56,761 nt of DNA, taken from positions 1 through 56,761 of the forward strand of contig CAYTAR010000007.1 in assembly GCA_964436015.1 (NCBI GenBank), given 5' to 3'. The notes beneath the pieces were generated by a model. The model was not told the origin of the DNA. It worked only from the letters and a program-made list of their open reading frames with translations, and ran no database searches. A program made the position numbers and the translations under genes. Numbering within the stretch: position 1 is the first letter of the stretch; every line of letters begins with the position of its first letter. Origin of the DNA: an uncultured Candidatus Saccharibacteria bacterium (GTDB lineage: Bacteria > Patescibacteriota > Minisyncoccia > Phycocordibacterales > GCA-2401445). Below are positions 1 to 9,233 of this stretch, piece after piece.

Positions 1-1
1 A

Positions 2-883
2 TTGGGTTGGGGTTTGGGTGGTGCCGGTGTATTCGTATGCGCCGATGTCCCAGGCTCCATTTTGAGGACGGGAGGTTCCGTCTTTATCCTTACATAACTC
101 TGGAACAGTAGAACAGTGTGAGGAAAGATCCTGCCCCTTATTTATCGCCACTGTATCATTAGAAGAAAGCCTAAAATTATTATCACTAGCGAATTGCTGA
201 TATTTTACGAAAGAGGGCTTCATCTGTGTAGAGCTATTCGGCTCTTGATTCTTTATCCAATCTGCAACAGAATAATTTCCTCTGTAAGAAACATACTGTC
301 TACCAGATACCGGATGATAATAAATATTATTATCAAATTCCCAAGAAGCATCATTGAAACCTGCAGCATTATCTATATGAAAAACCGGGTGCGGAGAACC
401 GTATCCTACGTTATAGAATATATTATTCTTTATTTCATTACCGATTCCAGTAGTGTTATTATCTGTACCGAAACTAAATCTTATTGGGCGATACAAACTC
501 ACATTGTCAATAAATACATTGTTAAATATCTTTAGATTATCAAAAGATACTATAGTTCCAGAGTTATTGTACATTCTTATGTACTCAGGATACTGATCTA
601 CTTGTTCCTCTATTCTAAATATATTATTGAAAATCCATATATTGTGTCGTCTTTCATTTGTACCCCATGAAGCAGGTTGCACTACAGCATCTCCAACATT
701 AATGAATTCGTTATTGAATATCTTTAGATAATTTCCTGGTACCTGTAAAGTATCCTGATGTTGTGTAGAGGTATACACGCTACTTGTTTTTGTTGTTTTA
801 AAAACATTATTATAAATACTCAAACTTCCCCCTCCTTGTATGCCGTCTGCCCCCCATATGAGCCAGTAGGGTTCTCTGGTGGT
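2..883 (-). CDS. Beta-helix repeat segment, 3'-partial, no start codon of its own
   Basis: My manual translation is open from 883 to the window edge: GADGIQGGSLSIYNNVF...IFNNEFINV...IFNNIFRIE...IFNNVFIDN...IKNNIFYNV...NGAWDIGAYEYTGTTQTPTQ. It is absent from the ORF track because it lacks an ATG and a stop. Confidence 0.65.
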
Positions 884-2043
884 CTAGCTCCATTTTTTAA
901 TAGTTCTATTTTGTTATTATAGATACGGTTAACATCCCAATTAGAGATGGGCGATGCTATATATACAGCCGCGTCACCTCGTATACCATTCATCACGTTA
1001 TCATGAATGTCCACATAAGATGAAGATGTAAATTTTATACCATTATTTATATTTTGGAATGTTAAATATTTAATCTCAACATTTTCTACATTACTTCCAG
1101 AAATACCTATAGCTTTTATTCTATCCAGATAATTAGCAAAGTTTTGTATATAGAAACTAGATACACCATTTACACTTCCATCAATAACCACATTGCTTTT
1201 GGTTAATTTAATAGCCCATCCAGAAGCTTGCTCGCCTCTATCAGAATAGTCAAAAATAACTCTTCCGTTATGACCAGCGTCTTGGCCAACACGAATAGTT
1301 ACAGGATTACCTTTTATACCACTAGATCCTATCTCCCAAGATTCTGTATATGTTTTAGAATTAGTTCCTCCAGATATATACAAAGTATGTCCAGGTTTTA
1401 TAAGAGACCAATTGATAGCAGAGAAGCTAGTATATGCATTATTCCATGAAGTTCCATTGTTAAGTCCTTGCGCATCTTTATCTACATACCACATGCTTCC
1501 ATTATTTATCGTGCCAGATATAGTATTAGACTCTCCTGTTCCTACATACTCGTATGCACCAATATCCCAGTTAGTACCACGAGGATTATCTAGGTAATCT
1601 GTAGAAAATCCTAATGAGCTTAAGTTTTTACCTGCACCTATAGCTCTACTTCCCTCTTTGAGTCTAAAGTCTCCTGCTTGCCAGTTAACGAATAGTTGAT
1701 CTGGGGTAACTCCACCGTTTATGCTCGCACTGTCTACAGTCATATTAGACTTTGAAGAGTCATCTAGATCTGTGATTATGTTGTTACCAGCCTCAAAGCT
1801 TCCACAACATCCAGAGTATGCACCTCCTCCAGCTTCGTTACCTCCCATACGGATGAAGAGGTTGTTGAAGACGCGGCCATTTGCCGCAACACCTTTTGTA
1901 TCAGATGAATTATATTTCAATCCTGTACTCTGTGAAGATTTACCTAATACAGTGTTGTTGTAGAAGGATACATCTGGTATATAAGCATTTACCTGAATCC
2001 GACTATCGATGAAAAGATTATTTCTGAATGTCCAGTTACCCAT
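820..2043 (-). CDS. Right-handed parallel beta-helix repeat protein segment
   Basis: Repeated rungs are seen (RNNLFIDS, FYNNTVLG, VFNNLFIR, AGNNIITD, IYNNKIEL). WDIGAYEY closes one beta-helix unit, and WYVDKDAQGLNNGTSWNNAYTS opens a second. Confidence 0.7.
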   Translation of the reverse strand: MGNWTFRNNLFIDSRIQVNAYIPDVSFYNNTVLGKSSQSTGLKYNSSDTKGVAANGRVFNNLFIRMGGNEAGGGAYSGCCGSFEAGNNIITDLDDSSKSNMTVDSASINGGVTPDQLFVNWQAGDFRLKEGSRAIGAGKNLSSLGFSTDYLDNPRGTNWDIGAYEYVGTGESNTISGTINNGSMWYVDKDAQGLNNGTSWNNAYTSFSAINWSLIKPGHTLYISGGTNSKTYTESWEIGSSGIKGNPVTIRVGQDAGHNGRVIFDYSDRGEQASGWAIKLTKSNVVIDGSVNGVSSFYIQNFANYLDRIKAIGISGSNVENVEIKYLTFQNINNGIKFTSSSYVDIHDNVMNGIRGDAAVYIASPISNWDVNRIYNNKIELLKNGARPPENPTGSYGGQTAYKEGEV

Positions 2044-2113
2044 CGGGCGTTTTCATAGAGCGTTCCAGTACCACCTTTTTCTAGGTTAGCTAACTGTGCA
2101 TTTGAATTTTTAA

Positions 2114-3037
2114 TTATATTTTTTTCAAAAACAATACCCTCTGCTCTAGTGGTAGCTGAAACCCCAAAAACCTGTATGTTGATATTTCTGGCTCATCTAC
2201 AACAGTAGGAGATTCAGGTTGAGTAATTACAGGATCTTCTATCACCTCTAGTTCACCTCCACCTAGAGCATATAGACCTTCTACATCAGAAAGAGTGAGT
2301 GCTCTGTTATAGATACGAACATCGTCTACTGAACCATTGAAGTGACCCGTTGGAGTACTATCACAGGCTCTACCTATACAGATATTATTAATACTGAGGC
2401 CAACGGATCTAGATATTTGTCTGTCTAAGACACCATCTACGTATAGCCTATGAATATTATCAGCTCCAACACCGAAAGCTACTGTCACATGATGCCACTC
2501 ACCATCATTTATGGGAGTATTACCTAGTTCAACTGTGGCGTTTGTTAGATACACAGCAACTACCCCTCCAGAACCTATGCCTATACTTTTATATGCAGTA
2601 GAACTATTTGAACTATACAGCCCTGCTATCTGTCCGCCGGAAGCAGTGGTTCTAACCCATGCAGATATAGAGAACGGGTATGCAGTTATGCCAGGGTTAT
2701 TTGAATATATTAAATAGTCATCTGTACCATCGAACTGGAGCGCTCCTCCTATTGCACCTGAAGTTTGAGAGGCTCCGTTAATAACTGCGTTTTTCCCATT
2801 CCCTGAAGAGTCAGTAGCAGTACCATCATCAAATGTATAATGCGTAACTAACCCAGAACCCGCTCCACTTACCTGCGCAAGATTGTTGGTTTGAGTGAGA
2901 AGCGAGAGTGTCTGTTCGCGGAGCGAGTTCAAGAGTGTTGCGATGTCGTCAAGTATGGAGGCGTTGGCTTGAATTGGCGAGAGGAGAAAACTAATGCCTA
3001 GTAAAAAAGAACCCGTATAGATATATATTGATTTCAT
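2114..3037 (-). CDS. Secreted LamG / concanavalin A-like lectin domain protein (N-terminal segment of the composite gene)
   Basis: Signal peptide MKSIYIYTGSFLLGISFLLSPIQANA. A Laminin_G_3-like core is present (LQFDGTDDYL, FSISAWVR, GEWHHVTVAF, LYVDG, GSVDDVRIYNRALT). The ATG overlaps the stop of the upstream MBL gene (ATGA). Confidence 0.75.
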   Translation of the reverse strand: MKSIYIYTGSFLLGISFLLSPIQANASILDDIATLLNSLREQTLSLLTQTNNLAQVSGAGSGLVTHYTFDDGTATDSSGNGKNAVINGASQTSGAIGGALQFDGTDDYLIYSNNPGITAYPFSISAWVRTTASGGQIAGLYSSNSSTAYKSIGIGSGGVVAVYLTNATVELGNTPINDGEWHHVTVAFGVGADNIHRLYVDGVLDRQISRSVGLSINNICIGRACDSTPTGHFNGSVDDVRIYNRALTLSDVEGLYALGGGELEVIEDPVITQPESPTVVDEPEISTYRFLGFQLPLEQRVLFLKKI

Positions 3038-3903
3038 TCACCTATAGTACCATGTGTCACTACCTGAGTTCCATCACTTATAAAGGTAATAGTGCCCGTT
3101 TCCGCCGTGGAAAATACCTCAATATCAAACGTTGAAAACGTATCTAGCACTTCTTTATGTGGATGACCGTATGAATTACTTTTGCTCGCAGAAATAACTG
3201 CGCTTTTCGGACTGACTGTACGCACAAATAAACCACTGCTTGAAGTTTTTGAGCCATGATGCCCCGCTTTCAATACAGTACTCTGTAGAGCAGGACCATC
3301 AAGCGACACTAGGTATTCCTCAATTTTTTTTGAGGCATCACCGGTAAACATAAACGCCGTTTCTCCAAAAACAAGCATTGCAACAATTGAACCATCATTT
3401 GTTTCAACCGTTGAAACATTTCTGTCGGGAAATAGTATGTATAACAGAGCGCCCTCTCCTAAATCAAACATCTGCCCTCGACGCGCAATAACATATTCAG
3501 AATTTTCACGAATACGTCGCTCTTTGTATCCTTCATATGCTCCCGTATCAGACTCGACACCAGTATCAACACTAGTACCCACCTCATACGCGTCATACAC
3601 AAACGGCAACCCACCAATATGATCCAGATCCGGATGTGTTGCAATAACCATGTCTATACTCTTATCGTAAAAGGGCATCACCCGAGAAAGCTCTTGCAAG
3701 ACAAGCTCACTCTTCCCTCCATCAATCAATACTTGTACACCACTGGGGGATTGAATAAATATCGCGTCTCCTTGCCCAACATCAAGGAATGATACTGAAA
3801 GAACATCCAACTGCGACTGCGCAAGCGCACTCCACGCAACTACGTTTGCAACAATAATAACTATAAAAAATATCCCGAGTACTCTAAAGTGACCCATACT
3901 CAC
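3034..3903 (-). CDS. Membrane-anchored metallo-beta-lactamase-fold hydrolase, ComEC C-terminal-domain type
   Basis: N-terminal TM helix. LDVGQGDAIFIQSP, ATHPDLDHIGG and KAGHHGSKTSS match the Lactamase_B domain normally fused to ComEC/Rec2. Confidence 0.8.
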   Translation of the reverse strand: MSMGHFRVLGIFFIVIIVANVVAWSALAQSQLDVLSVSFLDVGQGDAIFIQSPSGVQVLIDGGKSELVLQELSRVMPFYDKSIDMVIATHPDLDHIGGLPFVYDAYEVGTSVDTGVESDTGAYEGYKERRIRENSEYVIARRGQMFDLGEGALLYILFPDRNVSTVETNDGSIVAMLVFGETAFMFTGDASKKIEEYLVSLDGPALQSTVLKAGHHGSKTSSSGLFVRTVSPKSAVISASKSNSYGHPHKEVLDTFSTFDIEVFSTAETGTITFISDGTQVVTHGTIGE

Positions 3904-3952
3904 AGTATACCGCTATGCTATACTGACACCACTAGTAGTAACGTATTATTCT

Positions 3953-4549
3953 ATGCAACAATTTCAAGCAAAAACATTCAATATCCCGAAACTAATAGGT
4001 ATTAGCGAGAAAACTATCCAAGAGCACCTTATGCTGTATCAAGGATACGTAAAACATGCGAACCACATACTTGGGCTTATACAAGAACTTCAAAAAGATA
4101 CCGAAAAGCACGCCTACGCAATCAATGAACTCAGAAGGCGCTTCAGTTTTGAATGGGGAGGAATGAGAAACCATGAGTACTACTTTGAATCTCTCACAGG
4201 AGGACCACTTCCTCTATCCCCTCAAAGCACCCTCTCCGTTGCGTTGAGTGAGGAATTTGGAGACTTTGAGACTTGGCTTTCCAACTTTAAGGCACTCGCG
4301 CTAACTCGCGGAATTGGATGGGCAATGCTCTCTTACGACCAAAAGACAAAACGTCTTATGCAAACATGGGTTGATGAGCAACACCTAGGACAACTAATTG
4401 ATACGAAACCGATTCTCGCGCTAGACATGTGGGAACACTCCTTTGTCGCTGATTACCTACCGTCAGGTAAAAAACAGTATGTGGAAGACTTCTTCAAAAA
4501 TATAAACTGGAGCATCATAGAGAATAATTTTACTTCAGAAACTGTTTAA
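3953..4549 (+). CDS. sod: Fe/Mn-family superoxide dismutase
   Basis: C-terminal LDMWEHSFVADY plus NINW motif. Candidate metal ligands are H25, H74, D158 and H162. Confidence 0.8.
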   Translation: MQQFQAKTFNIPKLIGISEKTIQEHLMLYQGYVKHANHILGLIQELQKDTEKHAYAINELRRRFSFEWGGMRNHEYYFESLTGGPLPLSPQSTLSVALSEEFGDFETWLSNFKALALTRGIGWAMLSYDQKTKRLMQTWVDEQHLGQLIDTKPILALDMWEHSFVADYLPSGKKQYVEDFFKNINWSIIENNFTSETV

Positions 4550-4559
4550 AATCTCGCGT

Positions 4560-4670
4560 CCACCTAAAACAACAGTATTTCGAGCGAAAAACGAGCTGGA
4601 GCTTGAGCCATATTGATATATGGTGAGGGCGAAGCGACGTTTTGTAGCCGAAATAGGGGTGTTTTGGCGG
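4560..4670. terminator. Long imperfect hairpin between convergent sod and comEC
   Basis: The 4560-4593 arm is partly complementary to 4638-4670 (about 24 of 33 positions). The apical stem is ccatat/atatgg at 4608-4623. Confidence 0.35.
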
Positions 4671-4712
4671 ACGAGCTGAGCTTGTGTATGAGTTATGTTT
4701 TGCGTCAAGGTT

Positions 4713-6245
4713 TTAAACAGTTTCTTGGCTTCTCATCAGTAATTTTTCATCATTTGGGTACGAGGAAGTTTTTTGTCTCCTAGATACATACCAATAAAAC
4801 GCACACAGTAACACATACAAAACGACAATCAATAGCGTGCTTGGAATACCAACCGTAACAGACGCAAACGGCAAAGTTCCAAACACAGTTACAACACGAA
4901 GTACGTACTCAAGAAGCACGAACGTTGCTATTACAAATGGAGTAGCGAGTGTCTCTGAAATCAATCCAAGTACTCCCGCCACAAAAGAGGTAAACATTGC
5001 GGGAGGAATTATTCCAAGAGCAAGCACATTCACTGGTACTGATACGAGAGATAATTCGCCCGAAAATGAAAGTATCATTGGCAATACTGCAATCTGCGTT
5101 GCAACCGTTGCACCAACTATTTCACGAATGGAGGTGTACCTTATCCTGCGTAGGAATCGCACCACAAGAGGTGCACCATAAATAAGCCCGAAAGAAGCAA
5201 TGAAGCTGAGCTGAAATGAGGGGTCGGACACGAGTAGGTATGGATTAACACAAACCATGAGTATCCCTGCTAAAACTAGCGCTCTCCCAATCATGTAGGT
5301 ATTGCCTGTTGCGCGAGCGAGAAGCGCTAGAAGTGACATGATGCTCGCGCGAATAACAGTAGCAGTTAATCCAGTGATTACCGCAAATAGAACAATTGCG
5401 AGAACTGCGCACACCAACGACAAACGGTATGGAAACAACACTCGAACTATCCTCATGATTCCCTCCGCTACAATTGTTACGTTATACCCTGACAACACAA
5501 TAATGTGAATCAAACCAGTAATTCTAAAAAGCTCAATTAAGCGCTCACCCAGTGACGACTCTACCCCAAGTAGAATACCTCCAGCAAGCGATGCGTGTGG
5601 TTCAGGAAGAAGCTCTCTCAATTTAGAAAGAAAAATATATTTCCCTTGTATCAGTGTCCGTCTAATACTGGGACTGAATTCCCCCGTAGCAACAACTGAA
5701 TGTGGCTCAAGAATATACCGCACCCCCTTTGCTTTTAAGTATGAAGGATAATCAAAAAACGTTCCCGTATCGGTTATAAAACCCTCCGGATAAGAAAAAA
5801 CACCCGTAATCAAAAGTTCATCCCCGTACATATACTCGGGAAAACGATCTACTCTCATTCGTGCCCGTACTATCGGAGCATCCTCATGAGTACGTAACGC
5901 AACAATGTATCGCGCATGTGTTTCCGTACTATCTACTTCTGAAACAACACGAGCGAGAACTCGCATCTCTTCTCCAACAGAAACACGTCCTTGTTCAAAT
6001 ACGTAGTTAGCAACATACATTCGTGCACTTCCTACAGTGAATGCAGACAAAAGGACCGCACTTACAATACACACCGTCCGAGCTCTTTTTGTAGATACAA
6101 CTATTGGTAGCACGAATACACTCACTCCTATACACACACCCAGTAACAAAAATACCCAGAGATGTATCTGGATATAATGAGATACTATAATTCCTCCTCC
6201 GAACGCACTCGCCCATACGGTGAGCTCAGTAAGGGAAATTCGCAT
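4713..6245 (-). CDS. comEC: ComEC/Rec2 DNA internalisation channel, membrane portion only (no MBL domain)
   Basis: An N-terminal OB-like region (DUF4131-type) is followed by a polytopic Competence-domain membrane region. The protein ends after the last TM helices. Confidence 0.8.
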   Translation of the reverse strand: MRISLTELTVWASAFGGGIIVSHYIQIHLWVFLLLGVCIGVSVFVLPIVVSTKRARTVCIVSAVLLSAFTVGSARMYVANYVFEQGRVSVGEEMRVLARVVSEVDSTETHARYIVALRTHEDAPIVRARMRVDRFPEYMYGDELLITGVFSYPEGFITDTGTFFDYPSYLKAKGVRYILEPHSVVATGEFSPSIRRTLIQGKYIFLSKLRELLPEPHASLAGGILLGVESSLGERLIELFRITGLIHIIVLSGYNVTIVAEGIMRIVRVLFPYRLSLVCAVLAIVLFAVITGLTATVIRASIMSLLALLARATGNTYMIGRALVLAGILMVCVNPYLLVSDPSFQLSFIASFGLIYGAPLVVRFLRRIRYTSIREIVGATVATQIAVLPMILSFSGELSLVSVPVNVLALGIIPPAMFTSFVAGVLGLISETLATPFVIATFVLLEYVLRVVTVFGTLPFASVTVGIPSTLLIVVLYVLLCAFYWYVSRRQKTSSYPNDEKLLMRSQETV

Positions 6246-6248
6246 ACA

Positions 6249-6935
6249 TTACTTCTCGCTCCACAAACGCATCAACTCGTCCGCTTCTTTCTCTGAATAC
6301 ACCTTTTTGTACTTCACGTTTTTCTTACCAGCAACTTCTGCTTTGCACTCATCCCATGTTTTATGCACCTTTCCAAGATTGTTATAAAAACTAACATACC
6401 CATACACAGGACCTTTTTTTTCTTTTACTAGCCCCGCTTCAGGAATGGTGGGCGGTATTGGGTAACCTTCGCGACTCCCATGATATAAATCTACCGAAAG
6501 ACCTTCCGCAAAATCACTCGCAATCGCATCTACCCGTTCATTTGCAGGCGTTCCTTGATGACCTGCGACGTATACCCATTTAACTTTACGCATCCTTGTT
6601 TCCGAAACGAGCATGCTCCACAAATCTTTATTAAGCACTTCTTGTTTTGTTTTTGTCACCCATCCATTTTTCTCCCACCCATACACCCACATGGTAATCC
6701 CCTGTATCACGTATCGTGAATCAGAGTATATGGTAACTGGTAAACCCGAAGGAATTTCTCGAAGCGCCATAATTCCTGCGAGTAATTCCATTCTATTATT
6801 TGTCGTATGCTCCTCTCTTCCGCCAATTTCAACAACAGTGTCTGGTTCGAATATGAGACCTCCATACCCACCAGGCCCAGGATTTCCTTTAGATGCACCG
6901 TCGGTAAATACCGTGTACTCTCTCATTGTATTCAT
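6249..6935 (-). CDS. rnhA: Ribonuclease HI with a C-terminal hybrid-binding (Cauli_VI-like) domain
   Basis: DEDD residues sit in FTDGAS, NNRMEL, YSDS and NERVD. The C-terminus YGYVSFYNNLGKVHKTWDECKAEVAGKKNVKYKKVYSEKEADELM resembles the RNase H1 HBD. The start is chosen at MNTMREY; the ORF track extends to 7037. Confidence 0.85.
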   Translation of the reverse strand: MNTMREYTVFTDGASKGNPGPGGYGGLIFEPDTVVEIGGREEHTTNNRMELLAGIMALREIPSGLPVTIYSDSRYVIQGITMWVYGWEKNGWVTKTKQEVLNKDLWSMLVSETRMRKVKWVYVAGHQGTPANERVDAIASDFAEGLSVDLYHGSREGYPIPPTIPEAGLVKEKKGPVYGYVSFYNNLGKVHKTWDECKAEVAGKKNVKYKKVYSEKEADELMRLWSEK

Positions 6936-7098
6936 GCTACTAGTATACCAAATAAAAAGGTCGGAGCGCGTTGCGCCCCGACCAGTGATGAACCATATAA
7001 GCGTCCAACTAAGAAGTGCTGAGAGGAAGGAGTTCAATCAACCCCCCGAAAAACATCCCATTGAATACTTACATGGTAAAAGTACTATAACTTATTTT

Positions 7099-8778
7099 TT
7101 AGTATACGTCAATAACCCGAACTCGAACTTCAGGAGCCCTTCCAAAATGGCTCTTTTCAATAGTTCCAACAATAGTTCGTGTATCACCGGGAGAAACATC
7201 AAAGTCATTTTTAAAGAATACTATACCTTTAAGGGGAGCATACCCTTGTCGCTTAATTCGAAATTCAGTGTGTTCCTTTTGTTTTCCAAAAAAAGATACG
7301 CCTTCCAACGTAACATTCTCAAACATGAATATCGGCTTAGGATTCCCTTGGCCAAATGGAGCCAGTTTTGAAATCCGATTATACAAATCAAACGTAACTT
7401 CTTCGGGTGGCAAGTATGCATCCACAATACCCATTTCATCTTTCAATACAGGGTCAATAGACGCATCGATAAGTGCCTCCTCGAGCCCGAGCACTCCTGT
7501 CTCAGTTAACACAAAACCCCCAGACATAGCATGTCCACCAAAATTACTAAAAATTCCTTCTCGCACCCGAGACATCAACTCAAATACATTTGTACCAATT
7601 GGAGAACGGCACGATCCCTTAATATCACCTGACCCTCCTCTCCCCCACACAAACGCGGGAACGCCGTACTCATCAACCAATTTATTTGCGAGCAATCCCG
7701 CAAGAGATGGTTTCCAATGTGGATTTCCAATAACTACCACCTTTTTCTTTTCTCCTTCACTCAACCGCTTATGGACCTCTTTCATCATACTAACAACCAT
7801 CTGTTTTCTCTCTTTGTTAATCTTCTCTAAATGATTTACAGCAAGCTCCGCATCTTCCGGGGTTGTTGCTGACAGCATGTTAAACGCATCAATGGGATGC
7901 CCCATACGTGACGCAGCGTTGATTCTAGGAGAAATAGTAAAACCAATATCATCTTCAGTCACCACATCTGGCTTAATTCTATTTTTAGCAAATAGCGCCT
8001 TAAGCCCTGGTCTGCGTGTCTTGCGCAATACCTTTAATCCGTAATGCGCCAATGTTCTATTCTCGCCAACCAGAGGAACCATGTCAGAGATTGTTGCGAT
8101 ACCCACCATATCAAGGAGCCACTTCTCCCACCCTGCTTTAATTCCCCAATCACGATACGCAAGCAACCCTTGCACTACTTTGAAAATAACACCAGAACCA
8201 CACAAGTCTCCGTATGGGTACGTGCATGATACATGCTTTGGATTCACAATAGAGTACGCAGGAGGAAGGTTTCCACCAGGTAAGTGATGATCAGTAATAA
8301 TAACATCCATACCTCGTGATTGGGCATACTCTACCTCAGTAACATCCGCAATCCCACAATCAATAGTTACCACAAGAGATACTCCTTTTTCTCGCAATTC
8401 ATCAAGCGCTAATACATTCAACCCAAAACCCTCATCATTTCGGTGTGGTATATACACCACAATATTTTTATATCCAATTTTTCTAAAAAAATCATAAAAA
8501 ATTACACTCCCGGGGACTCCGTCTGCATCATAGTCACTGTAAATTCCAATAGTCTCGTTGGTATCAATTGCCTTTGCAATACGAGAAACTGCCTCAGTCA
8601 TTCCAAACAACTTTTCGTGGTGATGAGTATGATTTTCATATTGAGGAAATAGAAATGCTTCTGCTTCCTCCTGTGTTCGTATTCCCCTATAGTAGAGTAA
8701 TTTTTTAACCAGACTATCATATGTTCCGAGCGCTGTATGCGCATCTTCTGGAATTGACTCCCGAACCCTATATTGCAT
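7099..8778 (-). CDS. recJ: Single-stranded-DNA-specific exonuclease RecJ
   Basis: DHH-family motifs are present (YSDYDADG, VITDHH, GGHAMSGG) and the length is typical. Confidence 0.9.
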   Translation of the reverse strand: MQYRVRESIPEDAHTALGTYDSLVKKLLYYRGIRTQEEAEAFLFPQYENHTHHHEKLFGMTEAVSRIAKAIDTNETIGIYSDYDADGVPGSVIFYDFFRKIGYKNIVVYIPHRNDEGFGLNVLALDELREKGVSLVVTIDCGIADVTEVEYAQSRGMDVIITDHHLPGGNLPPAYSIVNPKHVSCTYPYGDLCGSGVIFKVVQGLLAYRDWGIKAGWEKWLLDMVGIATISDMVPLVGENRTLAHYGLKVLRKTRRPGLKALFAKNRIKPDVVTEDDIGFTISPRINAASRMGHPIDAFNMLSATTPEDAELAVNHLEKINKERKQMVVSMMKEVHKRLSEGEKKKVVVIGNPHWKPSLAGLLANKLVDEYGVPAFVWGRGGSGDIKGSCRSPIGTNVFELMSRVREGIFSNFGGHAMSGGFVLTETGVLGLEEALIDASIDPVLKDEMGIVDAYLPPEEVTFDLYNRISKLAPFGQGNPKPIFMFENVTLEGVSFFGKQKEHTEFRIKRQGYAPLKGIVFFKNDFDVSPGDTRTIVGTIEKSHFGRAPEVRVRVIDVY

Positions 8779-8809
8779 ATATCACACATACTACCATATA
8801 CTTAGATAC

Positions 8810-9229
8810 ATGACTGAAACCGTATTTTCAAAAATTATTACCCGCGAAATTACAGCGGACATTGTGTACGAAGATGAAGCAGTTCTGGCCTTTTTGGATA
8901 TAAATCCCGTTAATTTTGGACACACTCTCGTCATTCCAAAAAAGTACTACAAAAATATTTTTGATATGCCTCGTGAAGAATTCTCATACCTCATGGGAAT
9001 CGTCCACATGCTCGCGCCCGTCATTAAAAAAGCAGTGGAGGCGGGGGGGATACATATTGGAATGAACAATGAAGCACCTGCTGGGCAGGTGGTATTTCAT
9101 GCGCACGTACACATCGTGCCACGTAGTGAAGGAGATGGGTACGCGCATTGGAAACGGGCACAACCTATTCCAATTAACGAACACGCGGTAGCGGGTGAAC
9201 GTATACGAGAAGTACTCACTTCAAAGTAA
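8810..9229 (+). CDS. HIT-family nucleotide hydrolase/transferase
   Basis: Histidine triad HAHVHIVPR. Confidence 0.9.
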   Translation: MTETVFSKIITREITADIVYEDEAVLAFLDINPVNFGHTLVIPKKYYKNIFDMPREEFSYLMGIVHMLAPVIKKAVEAGGIHIGMNNEAPAGQVVFHAHVHIVPRSEGDGYAHWKRAQPIPINEHAVAGERIREVLTSK

Positions 9230-9233
9230 AAGA

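Larger units (their letters stand above)
1..3037 (-). pseudogene. Composite large secreted surface protein (signal peptide, LamG lectin-like domain, two right-handed beta-helix regions) split into four reading-frame segments. It runs off the left edge of the window.
   Basis: Protein-like translation continues across three frame changes on the minus strand. Codon first-base residues mod 3 go 1 (3037-2114), 2 (2192-1992), 0 (2043-820), then 1 (883-2). The last segment has no stop down to position 2 and ends with WDIGAYEY, the same motif found inside the 407-aa ORF. Confidence 0.5.

Noticed and set aside
194-535. 113-aa plus-strand ORF at the left end
   Set aside because: It lies antisense to an uninterrupted beta-helix reading frame (2-883, minus strand) whose repeats are clearly protein-like. 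Its own translation is low-complexity and Ile/Tyr/Asn-rich, typical of a shadow ORF.
820-883. UGA recoding (genetic code 25, as in some CPR lineages) as an explanation for the broken beta-helix gene
   Set aside because: Reading through the TGA at 820 in the same frame gives nonsense sequence and soon hits a TAA. The homologous continuation lies in a different frame. Many other genes in the window end cleanly on TGA.
6613-7371. 252-aa plus-strand ORF spanning the rnhA/recJ junction
   Set aside because: It is antisense to two well-supported genes, crosses their intergenic spacer, and has no motifs. The antisense ORFs at 7268-7834, 17317-17868, 28345-28707, 39079-39624 and 53566-53982 were rejected for the same reason.
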